Shown: positions 1 to 9,367 of the stretch, one piece after another
How the letters are laid out: every line of letters begins with the position of its first letter
How positions within the stretch are numbered: position 1 is the first letter of the stretch
NCBI GenBank assembly: GCA_028700115.1
Contig: JAQVTI010000006.1
Location: 15,505 to 47,504, forward strand
Origin: Candidatus Iainarchaeum sp.
Lineage (GTDB): Archaea; Iainarchaeota; Iainarchaeia; Iainarchaeales; CSSED10-239
Length of the DNA: 32,000 nucleotides
Direction of reading: 5' to 3'
Made by a program: the position numbers and the translations under genes
Notes under the pieces: model-generated
The model's database searches: none
Seen by the model: the letters and a program-made list of their open reading frames with translations, nothing else
What the model was told of the DNA's origin: nothing

Positions 1-2646
1 AAAGATCTTGAAAGTGAACAAAAAATTTTACAGCAAGATTTAGAAAAAGAAATTGGTGTTATTAAAGATACTTTAGATAATGTAGGTCTATCTAATAAAA
101 ATAAAAATATTGAAGAAAAAATAGATATTAAGCCAAAGTTAAAATTTTTACAAGACCCAAATGATGATTCTATAGTATATATTGGTAGAAAAAAATCTGT
201 TTTAAAACAATATGGTAAAATGGCTACAGCTTTTATAGGTAAAGTTGCAGAAGAACAATGTAAGGATAAAAAAGTACATTTAGATGGTCTAAATCCACAT
301 GTTGTTTTTTTAGATGGGGCAAGAGGTACTGGTAAAAGTTATCTTTTAGGTGTTATTGCAGAACAACTTGCAAAAACAAATCCTTATATTGGGCAAATAG
401 TTATTGATCCTGTTGGGGTTTTTTGGTCTATGAAATTTCCAAATAGTGATTCTAAAGAATTACAAATTTTAAAAGAATGGAATCTTTCTCCAGAAGGGTT
501 AAATAATTTAAAAGTTTTTGTACCAGAAGGTGTGAAAGATCAAGTTTCTAAAGAGACTTTTGATGATACTTTTTCTATGTTTCCATCTTTATTAACTCCT
601 GAAGATTGGTGTATAACTTTTGGGATTGATAGATTTTCTCCTGGTGGACTTCTTTTAGAAAAAACCATTTCTTTTGTAAAAAAAGGTTATATTTCTGGTG
701 GTTCTAAAGAAAATCCAGATATTTTAAATATAAAAGCTAAAGGTAATCAATTTACATTAGATGATATTATTTTTTGTTTACAAAATAATTCTGATTTTTC
801 ATCATCTACAAAAGGATATAAACCAGATTCTATTAGAGCATTAGTATCAAGATTTGAAGCTGCAAAGTCATGGGGAATTTTTTCTGACCATGGAACTCCT
901 TTAAGTAAGCTTTCTAGAGAAAATCAGTTAACTGTTTTAGATACTTCTTTTTTAGATGAAAATATTACTGCATTAGTTATAGGTATTCTTGCAAGAAGAA
1001 TTCTTGCTGCAAGAAAACTTTTAGCAAGACAAGATGCTGTAAAAAAGTTTTCAACAAAAGATATTGATGCAGAACAAATGCTTGAAATTGAAATACCTCC
1101 TACATGGATGTATATTGATGAAGCTCATACATTAATTCCTTCTGGAAATACATTAACTCCTGCAACAGCAGGAATAATAGAATATGTAAAACAAGGTAGA
1201 AGACCTGGGTGTTCTTTAGTTTTTGCAACACAACAACCTTCTGCTATAAATACAAAAGTTTTATCTCAAGTTGATGTTTTAATAAGTAATAAACTTGTTT
1301 TTAATGATGATATTCATGCAATTCAAAAAAGAATGCCTGCTATAATACCTAAACAATATAAAGAACCAAATTTTATAAAAACACTTCCCTTTGCTACAGC
1401 TCTTTGTGGGGAAAGATCTGAAGAAACTTCTAGAGCTTTTATTTTGAGAGCTGGTCCTCGTTCAAGTCAACATGAAGGTAGAGATGCAGAAACTATCAGA
1501 GATATTCCAAAAAAATCTAATAATGAAATTTTAGATATTTGTGTTAGTATGATTTATAATAAATTAGAAAAGTCTAAAGAGTTAAAAATTAATTTTGTGA
1601 AAGATATAGTAGATGTTGTAAATGTAAAATATAAATCAAATATTTTATGGGATGATGTTTTAGATAAATTAATTTTTAAAAATGTTTTTGTAGATTCTGA
1701 ATATATTTATTTAAAGAAAGATGTTTCTGATAAAGAGCACGAATTAATTAAAAAAGATATTAGAATTTTAGAAGATGATTTTGAAGAAGATTCTATTTTA
1801 AATAATTCAAAATATTCTTCTGAAGATATAGATGATTTAGATATTTCAAATAATGATAATTTATCTATAGATAAAGAAGTAGATGGGAATGTTCTTTTAA
1901 AACAAAATTTATCTTCAAGAGTTAAGTTTCAAAATATAATTTCTTCAAGAATTTCAAGATATAAAATTGAAGATATTGTAAAATCTAAAATTAAAAAAAA
2001 TATTTTATTTAAACCTAAGGAAATAATTTTAGATATTGTTTTAAAATATAGACCTATATATAAAATAAATTATAATCTTTTTGACCAAGAAAATAATTTT
2101 AAAGCTGCACATTGTTATATTGATTCAGTTACAGGAGAATTTATTCATTTTATTAATTCTAAATTAAAAGAATCTAAAGGTTTTAGTTTATTGGAAAAAT
2201 TAGAATCTGATGATTTAGATATTTTATATTTATTGCAAAAACAACAAACTCTTTTTTCTTTATCTCAAGAGCTTGGTTTAGATCAAGATTATATTTCTAA
2301 AAAATATATTTCTAAATTTGAGAATCTTTCAATAATTGATATTTCTAAAAATAATAATATTTCTATTTTTAAACTTTCTAAAGATTTTGATGTTCCATTT
2401 AATCCAACTCATAAAATTTTATATTCTTTAGATGATTTATCTTTAAGAAAAGAAATTGTAGAATTTTTTGAAACAATTGTTTATCCAATAGATATAGTTA
2501 AAGATAATTTAAATAAACTTTGGGGGAATTTAGAAATTATTTCTATTGAAGAAATTTTCTGGCCTATTTGGTATTCTTCTTTAATTAATAATAAAGATGT
2601 TAAACGTGAATTATTAATTGATGCTATTGTTGGAAAGGAATTATGA
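1..2646 (+). CDS. HerA/DUF87-type P-loop ATPase (5' partial) with a long low-complexity C-terminal extension
   Basis: Frame 1 has no stop from base 1 into the listed ORF at 220, so the gene probably starts left of the window. Walker A GARGTGKS, Walker B YIDEAH, and the GRRPGCSLVFATQQPSAINTKVLSQVDVLISNKL block are typical of HerA/DUF87 ATPases. Residues after about 430 are N/K/D/I-rich, with a winged-helix-like stretch (ILYLLQKQQTLFSLSQELGLDQDYISKK). Confidence 0.7.
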   Translation, partial: KDLESEQKILQQDLEKEIGVIKDTLDNVGLSNKNKNIEEKIDIKPKLKFLQDPNDDSIVYIGRKKSVLKQYGKMATAFIGKVAEEQCKDKKVHLDGLNPHVVFLDGARGTGKSYLLGVIAEQLAKTNPYIGQIVIDPVGVFWSMKFPNSDSKELQILKEWNLSPEGLNNLKVFVPEGVKDQVSKETFDDTFSMFPSLLTPEDWCITFGIDRFSPGGLLLEKTISFVKKGYISGGSKENPDILNIKAKGNQFTLDDIIFCLQNNSDFSSSTKGYKPDSIRALVSRFEAAKSWGIFSDHGTPLSKLSRENQLTVLDTSFLDENITALVIGILARRILAARKLLARQDAVKKFSTKDIDAEQMLEIEIPPTWMYIDEAHTLIPSGNTLTPATAGIIEYVKQGRRPGCSLVFATQQPSAINTKVLSQVDVLISNKLVFNDDIHAIQKRMPAIIPKQYKEPNFIKTLPFATALCGERSEETSRAFILRAGPRSSQHEGRDAETIRDIPKKSNNEILDICVSMIYNKLEKSKELKINFVKDIVDVVNVKYKSNILWDDVLDKLIFKNVFVDSEYIYLKKDVSDKEHELIKKDIRILEDDFEEDSILNNSKYSSEDIDDLDISNNDNLSIDKEVDGNVLLKQNLSSRVKFQNIISSRISRYKIEDIVKSKIKKNILFKPKEIILDIVLKYRPIYKINYNLFDQENNFKAAHCYIDSVTGEFIHFINSKLKESKGFSLLEKLESDDLDILYLLQKQQTLFSLSQELGLDQDYISKKYISKFENLSIIDISKNNNISIFKLSKDFDVPFNPTHKILYSLDDLSLRKEIVEFFETIVYPIDIVKDNLNKLWGNLEIISIEEIFWPIWYSSLINNKDVKRELLIDAIVGKEL

Positions 2647-2942
2647 TTTTTATGTTAGATGAAAAAGATTTTATAAAAGATAGTTGTCTTGCAACTCCTG
2701 GCTTTGAATTTTATCCTAAAAAAAAGTTAAAAATAGATTTAGATAATCTTTCAAAAGTATTTAAAGAGCATGGATATTATATTTCAAAAAATAATTCTCC
2801 ATTTTATATTCATGTGAAAACAGACATTTGTGAAGTTACTATTTTTTCTTCATTAAAGATAATTATTAAAGATTTAATTGATGAAAATAAAGCTATATTA
2901 TCTTTTAAAAAAATTTTAAATTTAATTAATAAAGTTTTTTAA
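2643..2942 (+). CDS. Hypothetical 99-aa protein, translationally coupled to the upstream ATPase
   Basis: ATGA stop/start overlap with the HerA-like gene. No recognisable motif. The C-terminal half (YIHVKTDICEVTIFSSLKIIIKDLIDENKA) loosely resembles one TBP-fold half-repeat (compare VSLLLFKNGKIIISGASSEKD in the TBP of this window). Confidence 0.5.
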   Translation: MIFMLDEKDFIKDSCLATPGFEFYPKKKLKIDLDNLSKVFKEHGYYISKNNSPFYIHVKTDICEVTIFSSLKIIIKDLIDENKAILSFKKILNLINKVF

Positions 2943-3936
2943 TTTTCATTATAATTTCGTTTATTCTTTTAATGGTTTTTTTATCATTTTTATATTCTTT
3001 TAAATATTTTTTTTGTCTATTTTTAATTTCATTAATTGATGCTTTTTTTATTTTATTTTCATTAATTATTGCTTTTTTTATTTCATTTATCCCCATTTCT
3101 GTAGGACTAAAGTATTTATTCATTTTATTTTTTTTAGATGTAATTTTTGATATTATTTTTTGAAGTATTTTAAAATTTTCTATATCTCTATTATAATTAA
3201 CAACTTTCTTTTTATGTTTTTTAAGATAATAAGGATCTATTTGATTTTTATCTCCTATATCTGCTGTTGCAGCTTCGTAAGCTATATTTATAGGATGATT
3301 AATATCTAAATTCCATATAGGAAATGTTTCTAATTTTAAAAAGCCAGAATTTATTTTTTGTTTTGAATCATGGTATATTTGTGAAAGGCAAGTACTCATT
3401 TTTCCAGAGTTTGCAACTGCACTTGTAACAATAATTATTTTTTTAGATGTTTTTATATATTCATTTTTTAAATAACCATTTTTTCCAAGAATAATTTTTA
3501 TATTATTTGGGTATTCTTTAATTTTTCTAGAAATATATACTTTATAATTTTTATTTTCTAATTTTTTTTTAAAATCTAAAGCATATTTTTCATCTTCACA
3601 TCTTGTAATCATGACTCCTGCTATTTTAAATCTTTTTTTTAAATATTCTAATTCTTTTAATATTATTTTTGGATATTCTTTTTTAGAATTATAATCTTTT
3701 TTTATAGGATTTAGATGTTTTGAATAAATACAATAAATTATTTCAATTTCTTTTTTTATATTTTCTAAAATTCTAATTTTATTGTCTTCTTTATAATCTA
3801 TTAAAACTCTTTTTGCATGATAATCTTTAATTACATGCCCACCTATTTCTATATATATTTTATTAAATTTTTTTGCTCTTTTTTTTATTTCTTTTTTTGT
3901 AAGTTCTAAATATTTATTATTATCAAATGCTTTCAT
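2926..3936 (-). CDS. UPF0371/DUF1846 family protein (short form)
   Basis: N-terminus FDNNKYLELTKKEI..IYIEIGGHVIKDYHAKRVL, and later ETFPIWNLDINHPINIAYEAATADIGDKNQIDPYYL..VVNYNRDIENF, match my recollection of DUF1846 proteins. At 336 aa it is shorter than the roughly 490-500 aa I recall for the family. Confidence 0.75.
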   Translation of the reverse strand: MKAFDNNKYLELTKKEIKKRAKKFNKIYIEIGGHVIKDYHAKRVLIDYKEDNKIRILENIKKEIEIIYCIYSKHLNPIKKDYNSKKEYPKIILKELEYLKKRFKIAGVMITRCEDEKYALDFKKKLENKNYKVYISRKIKEYPNNIKIILGKNGYLKNEYIKTSKKIIIVTSAVANSGKMSTCLSQIYHDSKQKINSGFLKLETFPIWNLDINHPINIAYEAATADIGDKNQIDPYYLKKHKKKVVNYNRDIENFKILQKIISKITSKKNKMNKYFSPTEMGINEIKKAIINENKIKKASINEIKNRQKKYLKEYKNDKKTIKRINEIIMKIKKLY

Positions 3937-4058
3937 TTTTTCCCTTCTTTTTAAATATTTTTAAAGTTTGTGATATTATTCTTATTTATAAAAGGTTTTA
4001 TAAATAAATATATTTAAATATATTAACTATCTATAATTATATAGTTAATGGTGTTTTT

Positions 4059-4991
4059 ATGTTTTTAAAAAAATTTTTGTTTTTTATAATTTGTTTTTTA
4101 TTTTTATTATCTTCTTTATATTCTTCTGATTTTAATTTAAATTTAAACAGCACTCCTGATTTTAAAGATAATTCTTTAGATATTTTTTATATTCCAAAAT
4201 CTGGTTTTTTTCAAATATTTTTTGATATATCTTCTGATTTAATTCCTAAAGATTATTTTAGTCCAAATAAAGTTGTTTATTCTTATAAAGTTTTTGATTT
4301 AAAAAATAATAATTCTTATAAAAATCAAATAGATTTATCAATATCTAAAAATTTTGAATTTTTATATTCTGAATCTATTTCTTCTTTTTCATTAAATTTA
4401 TTATCTAAAGGTTTTAATGACCAAGATTTGTTAATTGAAGTAATTTCTGAAATTTATGATAGTTCAAATAATCTTTTAGAAAAAGATAATAGTTATATTA
4501 AATTAATATCAAATAATTCTGATATATATTATCCAGATACTATTAAAAAAAATGAACCTTTATATAGAGGGCATAATATATCTACTGATAAAATTATTTT
4601 ATATAAAAATACAAATAATGATTTTTTTATAAAACTTTTTGTAGAAAATAATTTTTCTTATGATGTTTCTTGTAAAATTAATAATGATATTTATGATAAT
4701 GATTTTTATATAACTAAAGATTATAATAAAGAACTTTTTAAATTTAATATTTCTTTAAAAAATAAGAATTTAGATTCTGGTAAGTTTTTAATCTTATGTA
4801 ATGCTTTTAATAAAAATAATTTTTATAAATTAAAAGATATTGAGTTAATATATATTAATGCAAATATTTTTACAGATAATAATTTTTCTGATATAAATTA
4901 TTCTATAGAAAATGAAGATATTTCTGTTTCTTCTAAAAAATATCATCTTTTTAAAGAATTTTTTAATAATATTTTTAATAGTTTTAAATAA
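4059..4991 (+). CDS. Hypothetical secreted/surface protein, N/S/D-rich, with N-terminal signal-like hydrophobic segment
   Basis: MFLKKFLFFIICFLFLLSSLYSS hydrophobic leader. GGTG Shine-Dalgarno site 8 nt upstream of the ATG. No conserved motif recognised. Confidence 0.6.
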   Translation: MFLKKFLFFIICFLFLLSSLYSSDFNLNLNSTPDFKDNSLDIFYIPKSGFFQIFFDISSDLIPKDYFSPNKVVYSYKVFDLKNNNSYKNQIDLSISKNFEFLYSESISSFSLNLLSKGFNDQDLLIEVISEIYDSSNNLLEKDNSYIKLISNNSDIYYPDTIKKNEPLYRGHNISTDKIILYKNTNNDFFIKLFVENNFSYDVSCKINNDIYDNDFYITKDYNKELFKFNISLKNKNLDSGKFLILCNAFNKNNFYKLKDIELIYINANIFTDNNFSDINYSIENEDISVSSKKYHLFKEFFNNIFNSFK

Positions 4992-5023
4992 TTTTTTATA
5001 ATTTTAATTTTATAATTTTAATT

Positions 5024-5449
5024 TTATAATTTATCTGCAATAATGTGTGATATAAATCCAATTAATGCAAATATAAATAAATATTTTTCTAATAATAAGA
5101 AAGGTAAAGCAACAATAATCCCAAATGCTATTGAATGCATCGGTCCTCTGTGTTTAGATATTATAAATATTGTTTCAATCCCTATAAGTATTGCTATATA
5201 TTTTAATACTTCTATTGTTTGTGTGAAATATAATATTATTAAGATAATTATTAAAATAAATATTATATAATCTATTTTTTTTCTAATATATGTATTTTTT
5301 TTATCTAAATCTGGAACAAGTGCATAAAATATAGTTATTATAAAACAATAAATTATATTTATTCCTTTAATATTATAAAAATCATTTATAATTATATATG
5401 TTATTAAAAAAAATATTATTGAAAAAAATATATGTCCAAATTTATTCAT
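5024..5449 (-). CDS. Membrane-bound metal-dependent hydrolase, YdjM/DUF457-like
   Basis: Multi-TM small protein with VPDLD, HRGPMHS and SHIIAD motifs typical of the YdjM (PF04307) family. Confidence 0.6.
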   Translation of the reverse strand: MNKFGHIFFSIIFFLITYIIINDFYNIKGINIIYCFIITIFYALVPDLDKKNTYIRKKIDYIIFILIIILIILYFTQTIEVLKYIAILIGIETIFIISKHRGPMHSIAFGIIVALPFLLLEKYLFIFALIGFISHIIADKL

Positions 5450-5501
5450 ATAAATATCTATTTAGATAAATAATTATAAACTATTTGTTCTATATTTTTA
5501 T

Positions 5502-6299
5502 ATGGATTTATTAAATTATATATTTCTAGGATTAATTCAAGGAATATTTGAATGGCTTCCAATAAGTTCTCAAGGAAGTTTAGTTATTTTTCTAAATTAT
5601 TTTTTAAATATACCTATTGATATTTCTTTAAATTATTCTGTTTTTTTACATCTTGGTACTACTTTTTCTGCAATAATTTATTTTAGAAAAGAAATTAAAG
5701 ATCTTTTTTTACAAAAAAATATTTTTGGTTTTTTAAAAAATCCATTTTCTACAGAAAAGAATATTTCTTTTTTTAGATTTTTATTTATTTCTACATTTAT
5801 TAGTATTATTTTAGGTGGTTTAATTTATTTATTTTTTAGTAATTATGTTATTTCTTTTTTATATATTAATTTTATTATTGGTTTATTATTAATTTTTACA
5901 GGAATAATGTTATATTTCTCTAAAAAAAGTTTTTTAAAAAAAGAAAATTTGTCTATAAGGAATTCTTTTTTTTTAGGTTTATTTCAAGCAATGTCTACTC
6001 TTCCAGGGATAAGTAGAAGTGGGATGACTACTTCTGTTTTACTTTTTGAAGGTTTTTCTGCTGAAAAGGCTTTTAGTATTAGTTTTTTACTTTCTATTCC
6101 TTTTGTATTAATTGGTGAAATTGGTTTAATTATTTTAAATGGTGTTACTTTTAATTATTTTATATTAATTTCTATATTTATAGCTTTTATTGTTGGGTAT
6201 TTTACAATTGGTTTACTCTTAAAGTTTGCAAAAAAAGTGGATTTTTCATTATTTTGTTTTATATTAGGTATTTTTTACATTTTTTTATTTTTTATTTAA
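5502..6299 (+). CDS. uppP: Undecaprenyl/dolichyl-diphosphate phosphatase (UppP/BacA family)
   Basis: EWLPISSQGS and PGISRSGMT motifs. Polytopic membrane protein of typical length (265 aa). Confidence 0.85.
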   Translation: MDLLNYIFLGLIQGIFEWLPISSQGSLVIFLNYFLNIPIDISLNYSVFLHLGTTFSAIIYFRKEIKDLFLQKNIFGFLKNPFSTEKNISFFRFLFISTFISIILGGLIYLFFSNYVISFLYINFIIGLLLIFTGIMLYFSKKSFLKKENLSIRNSFFLGLFQAMSTLPGISRSGMTTSVLLFEGFSAEKAFSISFLLSIPFVLIGEIGLIILNGVTFNYFILISIFIAFIVGYFTIGLLLKFAKKVDFSLFCFILGIFYIFLFFI

Positions 6300-6602
6300 T
6301 TTTTTATTTTTTTAATTTTAATTTTTTTATTAATTTTAATTATTTTAATTTTTTTAGTTTATATTGTTTTAGTATAGTTTGTCTATTTTTTTAATAAATA
6401 TAGATTTAATATATATAAATTATTTAAAATATATTTTTTATATAATTTTATTAGTCTTTAAATAATTGGAATTTTTTAATTATTTATTTTATATAACATT
6501 TTGGTTTATTTTAATAATTTTTTTTATAAATCACTATATATATCTATTTATAAATATTTACTTCTTTTAATAATTTAAGTATATTAAAATATGTGATTAT
6601 AT

Positions 6603-6923
6603 ATGTCAGAAGAAATAATTAATTTAGAAGATTCAAATTTTGAATCTGTTTTAAAAGAAAAAGAAATTGCAATTGTAGATTTTTGGGCAGAATGGTGTGG
6701 TCCTTGTAAAATGTTTTCAAATATTTTTGAAGATTTTGCATCTAAAAATAAAGATGTTTTTTGTGCAAAGGTAAATGTAGATTTAGCAAAGAATATTTCT
6801 CAAAAATATAATATTATGTCAATTCCTACAATTATGATTTTTAAAAAAGGTATTTTAGTAAAACAACAAATAGGTATTTTACCAGTTGATTTATTGGAGA
6901 AATTAATATTAGAAGTTAAATAA
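6603..6923 (+). CDS. trxA: Thioredoxin
   Basis: WAEWCGPCK active site, 106 aa, SIPT cis-Pro loop motif. Confidence 0.9.
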   Translation: MSEEIINLEDSNFESVLKEKEIAIVDFWAEWCGPCKMFSNIFEDFASKNKDVFCAKVNVDLAKNISQKYNIMSIPTIMIFKKGILVKQQIGILPVDLLEKLILEVK

Positions 6924-6950
6924 TTTTTATAATATTAAAAAGGTGTTTTT

Positions 6951-8462
6951 ATGACTTATTCATTTTTATTAAATGCAAAAATAATAGATATTTCTGCTGA
7001 TTATCCTATAGTTATTTTAAATCCTAATGTTGCAAAAAAGTTAAATGCAAATCATTTAGATAGAATGCAGTTAGAAATAAATAATAAAATAACAGTTTGT
7101 GTGTTAGATACATCTCATTCATATGTAGATGAAAATAGTGTTGGACTTTTTAAAGATACTGCTTTTGATTTAAATATTAGTAATAATGATAAAATTAAAA
7201 TAAGTGTTTTACCTCATCCAAAATCTGTGGATTATATTATTTCTAAAATTAATAATAAAACTTTAAATGCAGAACAATTAAGAGAAATTGTAAAAGATAT
7301 TAATTCTAATAGTATTTCTGAAGTTGAACTTTCAGCTTTTATAACTTCTATTTTTATTAATGGTTTTAATATTGATGAAACTACTGATTTTTGTAAAGAA
7401 TTAATTGAAATTGGGGATAAAATTGAATTTAATGAAAAAATTATTTTAGATAAGCATTCTATTGGTGGAATTAATGGTAGAGTATCTATGATTATTACTC
7501 CTATTATTTCTTCTTTAGGATATAAAATCCCAAAAACAGCCTCTCGTTCAATAACATCTGCAGCAGGAACTGCTGATGCTATGGAAGTTTTAGCTCCAGT
7601 TTCTTTTACAATTGATGAAATTAAAGAAATTATAAATAAAGTTGGTGGTGTTATATCATGGGAGGGAAAATTTGATCTTTGTCCTGTTGATAATACTATT
7701 ATAAATATAGAGCATGCTTTAAATATAAATCCTGAAGGAATAATGATTGGTTCTATTCTTTCTAAAAAGAAAAGTATTGGTTCAACTCATCTTATAATTG
7801 ATATTCCTGTAGGCCCAGAAGTAAAAATTAAAGATAAAGAGAACGGAGAAAGATTAGCTAAAAAATTTATTGCTATTAGTAAATCTTTAGGTATAAAAAC
7901 AAAAGTTTTACTTACAGATGGTTTATCTCCATGCGGATATTCTTTTGGACCTGCATTAGAAGCTAAATCTGTTTTAGAAATTTTAGAAAATAAATATTTT
8001 GATAATTTAGCAAGTAAATCATGTGCAATTGCTGGAGAGCTTTTAGAACTTGTTGGTCATGTAAAAGAAGGTCAAGGATATAATTTTGCAAAAGAAATTA
8101 TAACTTCTGGAAAAGCTTTAGAAAAGTTTAAAGAAATTATAAAAGTTCAGGGAGGTAATATTTTTTCTTCTAAAGATGTTCCTAAAGCAAGTTTTATTAG
8201 AAATATTTTGTCTCCAGAAAATGGTACTATAATTTCATATAGTATAAAAATTTTTACTAAAATATCTTCTTTTTTAGGAGCTCCAATAGATAAATGTGCA
8301 GGTGTTTTAATAAAAAAAGAAATTGGTTCAAATGTAAAAAAAGGAGAAGTTCTTTTTGAAATTCATTCTGATAGTGAACAAAAATTAAAATTTACTGAAA
8401 ATTATATTCTAGATAATTTTCCTGTAAGTTTTGAAAAAGTTATTTTAGATGAATTTTCTTAA
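6951..8462 (+). CDS. deoA: AMP phosphorylase / thymidine phosphorylase family (archaeal DeoA type)
   Basis: DKHSIGGINGRVSMIITPII...SRSITSAAGTADAMEVL glycosyl-transferase family 3 core. It has an extra N-terminal domain of about 80 aa, and its 503-aa length is typical of archaeal AMP phosphorylases. Confidence 0.8.
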   Translation: MTYSFLLNAKIIDISADYPIVILNPNVAKKLNANHLDRMQLEINNKITVCVLDTSHSYVDENSVGLFKDTAFDLNISNNDKIKISVLPHPKSVDYIISKINNKTLNAEQLREIVKDINSNSISEVELSAFITSIFINGFNIDETTDFCKELIEIGDKIEFNEKIILDKHSIGGINGRVSMIITPIISSLGYKIPKTASRSITSAAGTADAMEVLAPVSFTIDEIKEIINKVGGVISWEGKFDLCPVDNTIINIEHALNINPEGIMIGSILSKKKSIGSTHLIIDIPVGPEVKIKDKENGERLAKKFIAISKSLGIKTKVLLTDGLSPCGYSFGPALEAKSVLEILENKYFDNLASKSCAIAGELLELVGHVKEGQGYNFAKEIITSGKALEKFKEIIKVQGGNIFSSKDVPKASFIRNILSPENGTIISYSIKIFTKISSFLGAPIDKCAGVLIKKEIGSNVKKGEVLFEIHSDSEQKLKFTENYILDNFPVSFEKVILDEFS

Positions 8463-8510
8463 ATTTAATTTTATTTTTATAAATTTATTTATCTATATTT
8501 TTTTATGAGT

Positions 8511-9302
8511 TTAAAATATTTTTTTATATATTTCTTTAAATTGATTTACATTTATTTGTTTTATTTTTAATTTTTTTGTTTTTAAATCTATTTTTTCAAT
8601 ATTTATTTTATTAAACATTTTTGGATTTATTTTTTTTGCAAGTTTTAATCCATTTAATAAGTCTTTATTTGAAAATCTAAATATTGTTTTAATAAATTCA
8701 ATATATTTTTCATCTTTTTTAATATTGTAAGGATTTATTTCAATTAATGTTGAATCAACTTTTGGTCTAGGATAAAAATTATTTTTTTTAATATTTGCAA
8801 TAAATTTTATATTTCCATAACTTTGTGCAAGAACTGTTGTTGCAACATAATTTTCAAAACCTTCAATTGCAATTAATTTATCTGCAAATTCTTTTTGTAC
8901 CATTAAAACTGTTTTTTTTGTAGAGTTTATTTTTTCTAAAATTTCTTGAGAAATAGAATATGGTATAAATCCAATTATTTTATCAAATTTTATTTTATTT
9001 AAATCAACATCTAAAAAATCTTTATTTATTATTTCTATATTTTTATTTTCAAATTCATTTTTTAAGATTTCAACTAATTTTTTATCCTTTTCAATAACTA
9101 TTACTTTTTTTGCAAGTTTTAATATTTCTTTTGTAAGATTTCCTGTTCCTGGTCCAATTTCTAAAATTGTTTCTTCTTTTAAAATTTCTAAGGCTTTAAT
9201 TGCTTTTTCTATCGGTTTTGTTGTAATTATAAAATTTTGATCAAATTTATAATCTGGTTTAAATCCATATTTTAACATTAAGTCATATATTTTTTTTTGC
9301 AT
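8511..9302 (-). CDS. rsmA: 16S rRNA (adenine-N6,N6)-dimethyltransferase KsgA/Dim1
   Basis: QNFI..., SAM-binding LEIGPGTGNLT motif, and FYPRPKVDS near the C-terminus. It sits at the end of the conserved archaeal L21e-RpoF-DUF655-KsgA arrangement. Confidence 0.85.
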   Translation of the reverse strand: MQKKIYDLMLKYGFKPDYKFDQNFIITTKPIEKAIKALEILKEETILEIGPGTGNLTKEILKLAKKVIVIEKDKKLVEILKNEFENKNIEIINKDFLDVDLNKIKFDKIIGFIPYSISQEILEKINSTKKTVLMVQKEFADKLIAIEGFENYVATTVLAQSYGNIKFIANIKKNNFYPRPKVDSTLIEINPYNIKKDEKYIEFIKTIFRFSNKDLLNGLKLAKKINPKMFNKINIEKIDLKTKKLKIKQINVNQFKEIYKKIF

Positions 9303-9367
9303 AATTTGTTCTCTTTTTATAATTTGTTTTTAAGAAATTAATTTAAAATAAATAAAGAAAAAGATTT

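Noticed and set aside
2972-3163. ORF-track entry (63 aa, F/L/I-rich) antisense to the DUF1846 gene
   Set aside because: It lies entirely inside a well-supported minus-strand gene. Its low-complexity F/L/I/S translation is typical of the antisense frame of K/E/N-rich genes in AT-rich DNA.
4025-4047. About 21-nt similarity between tatctataattatatagttaa (upstream of the 4059 gene) and tatctataattattatagttaa (around 23258-23281, upstream of the L1 operon)
   Set aside because: It is pure A/T-rich sequence of TATA-like composition. My rough estimate is that a match of this length with an indel could arise by chance among the roughly 1e9 position pairs in a window this AT-rich. It may simply reflect generic promoter composition.
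4992-5035. Short tandem 14-nt pattern (ttataattttaatt x2-3) between convergent genes
   Set aside because: Low-complexity A/T sequence in a convergent terminator region. It is too short and too biased to interpret beyond T-run termination signals.
5043-5270. ORF-track entry (75 aa) antisense to the YdjM-like membrane protein gene
   Set aside because: Shadow ORF with no Shine-Dalgarno site and no motif. The opposite-strand gene has recognisable family motifs.
6300-6602. Long 300-nt spacer upstream of trxA, scanned for a tRNA, ncRNA or small ORF
   Set aside because: It is almost pure A/T low-complexity sequence (ttttaatttt-type runs), with no GC-rich stems, conserved boxes or plausible ORF. 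It is most likely promoter or spacer DNA.
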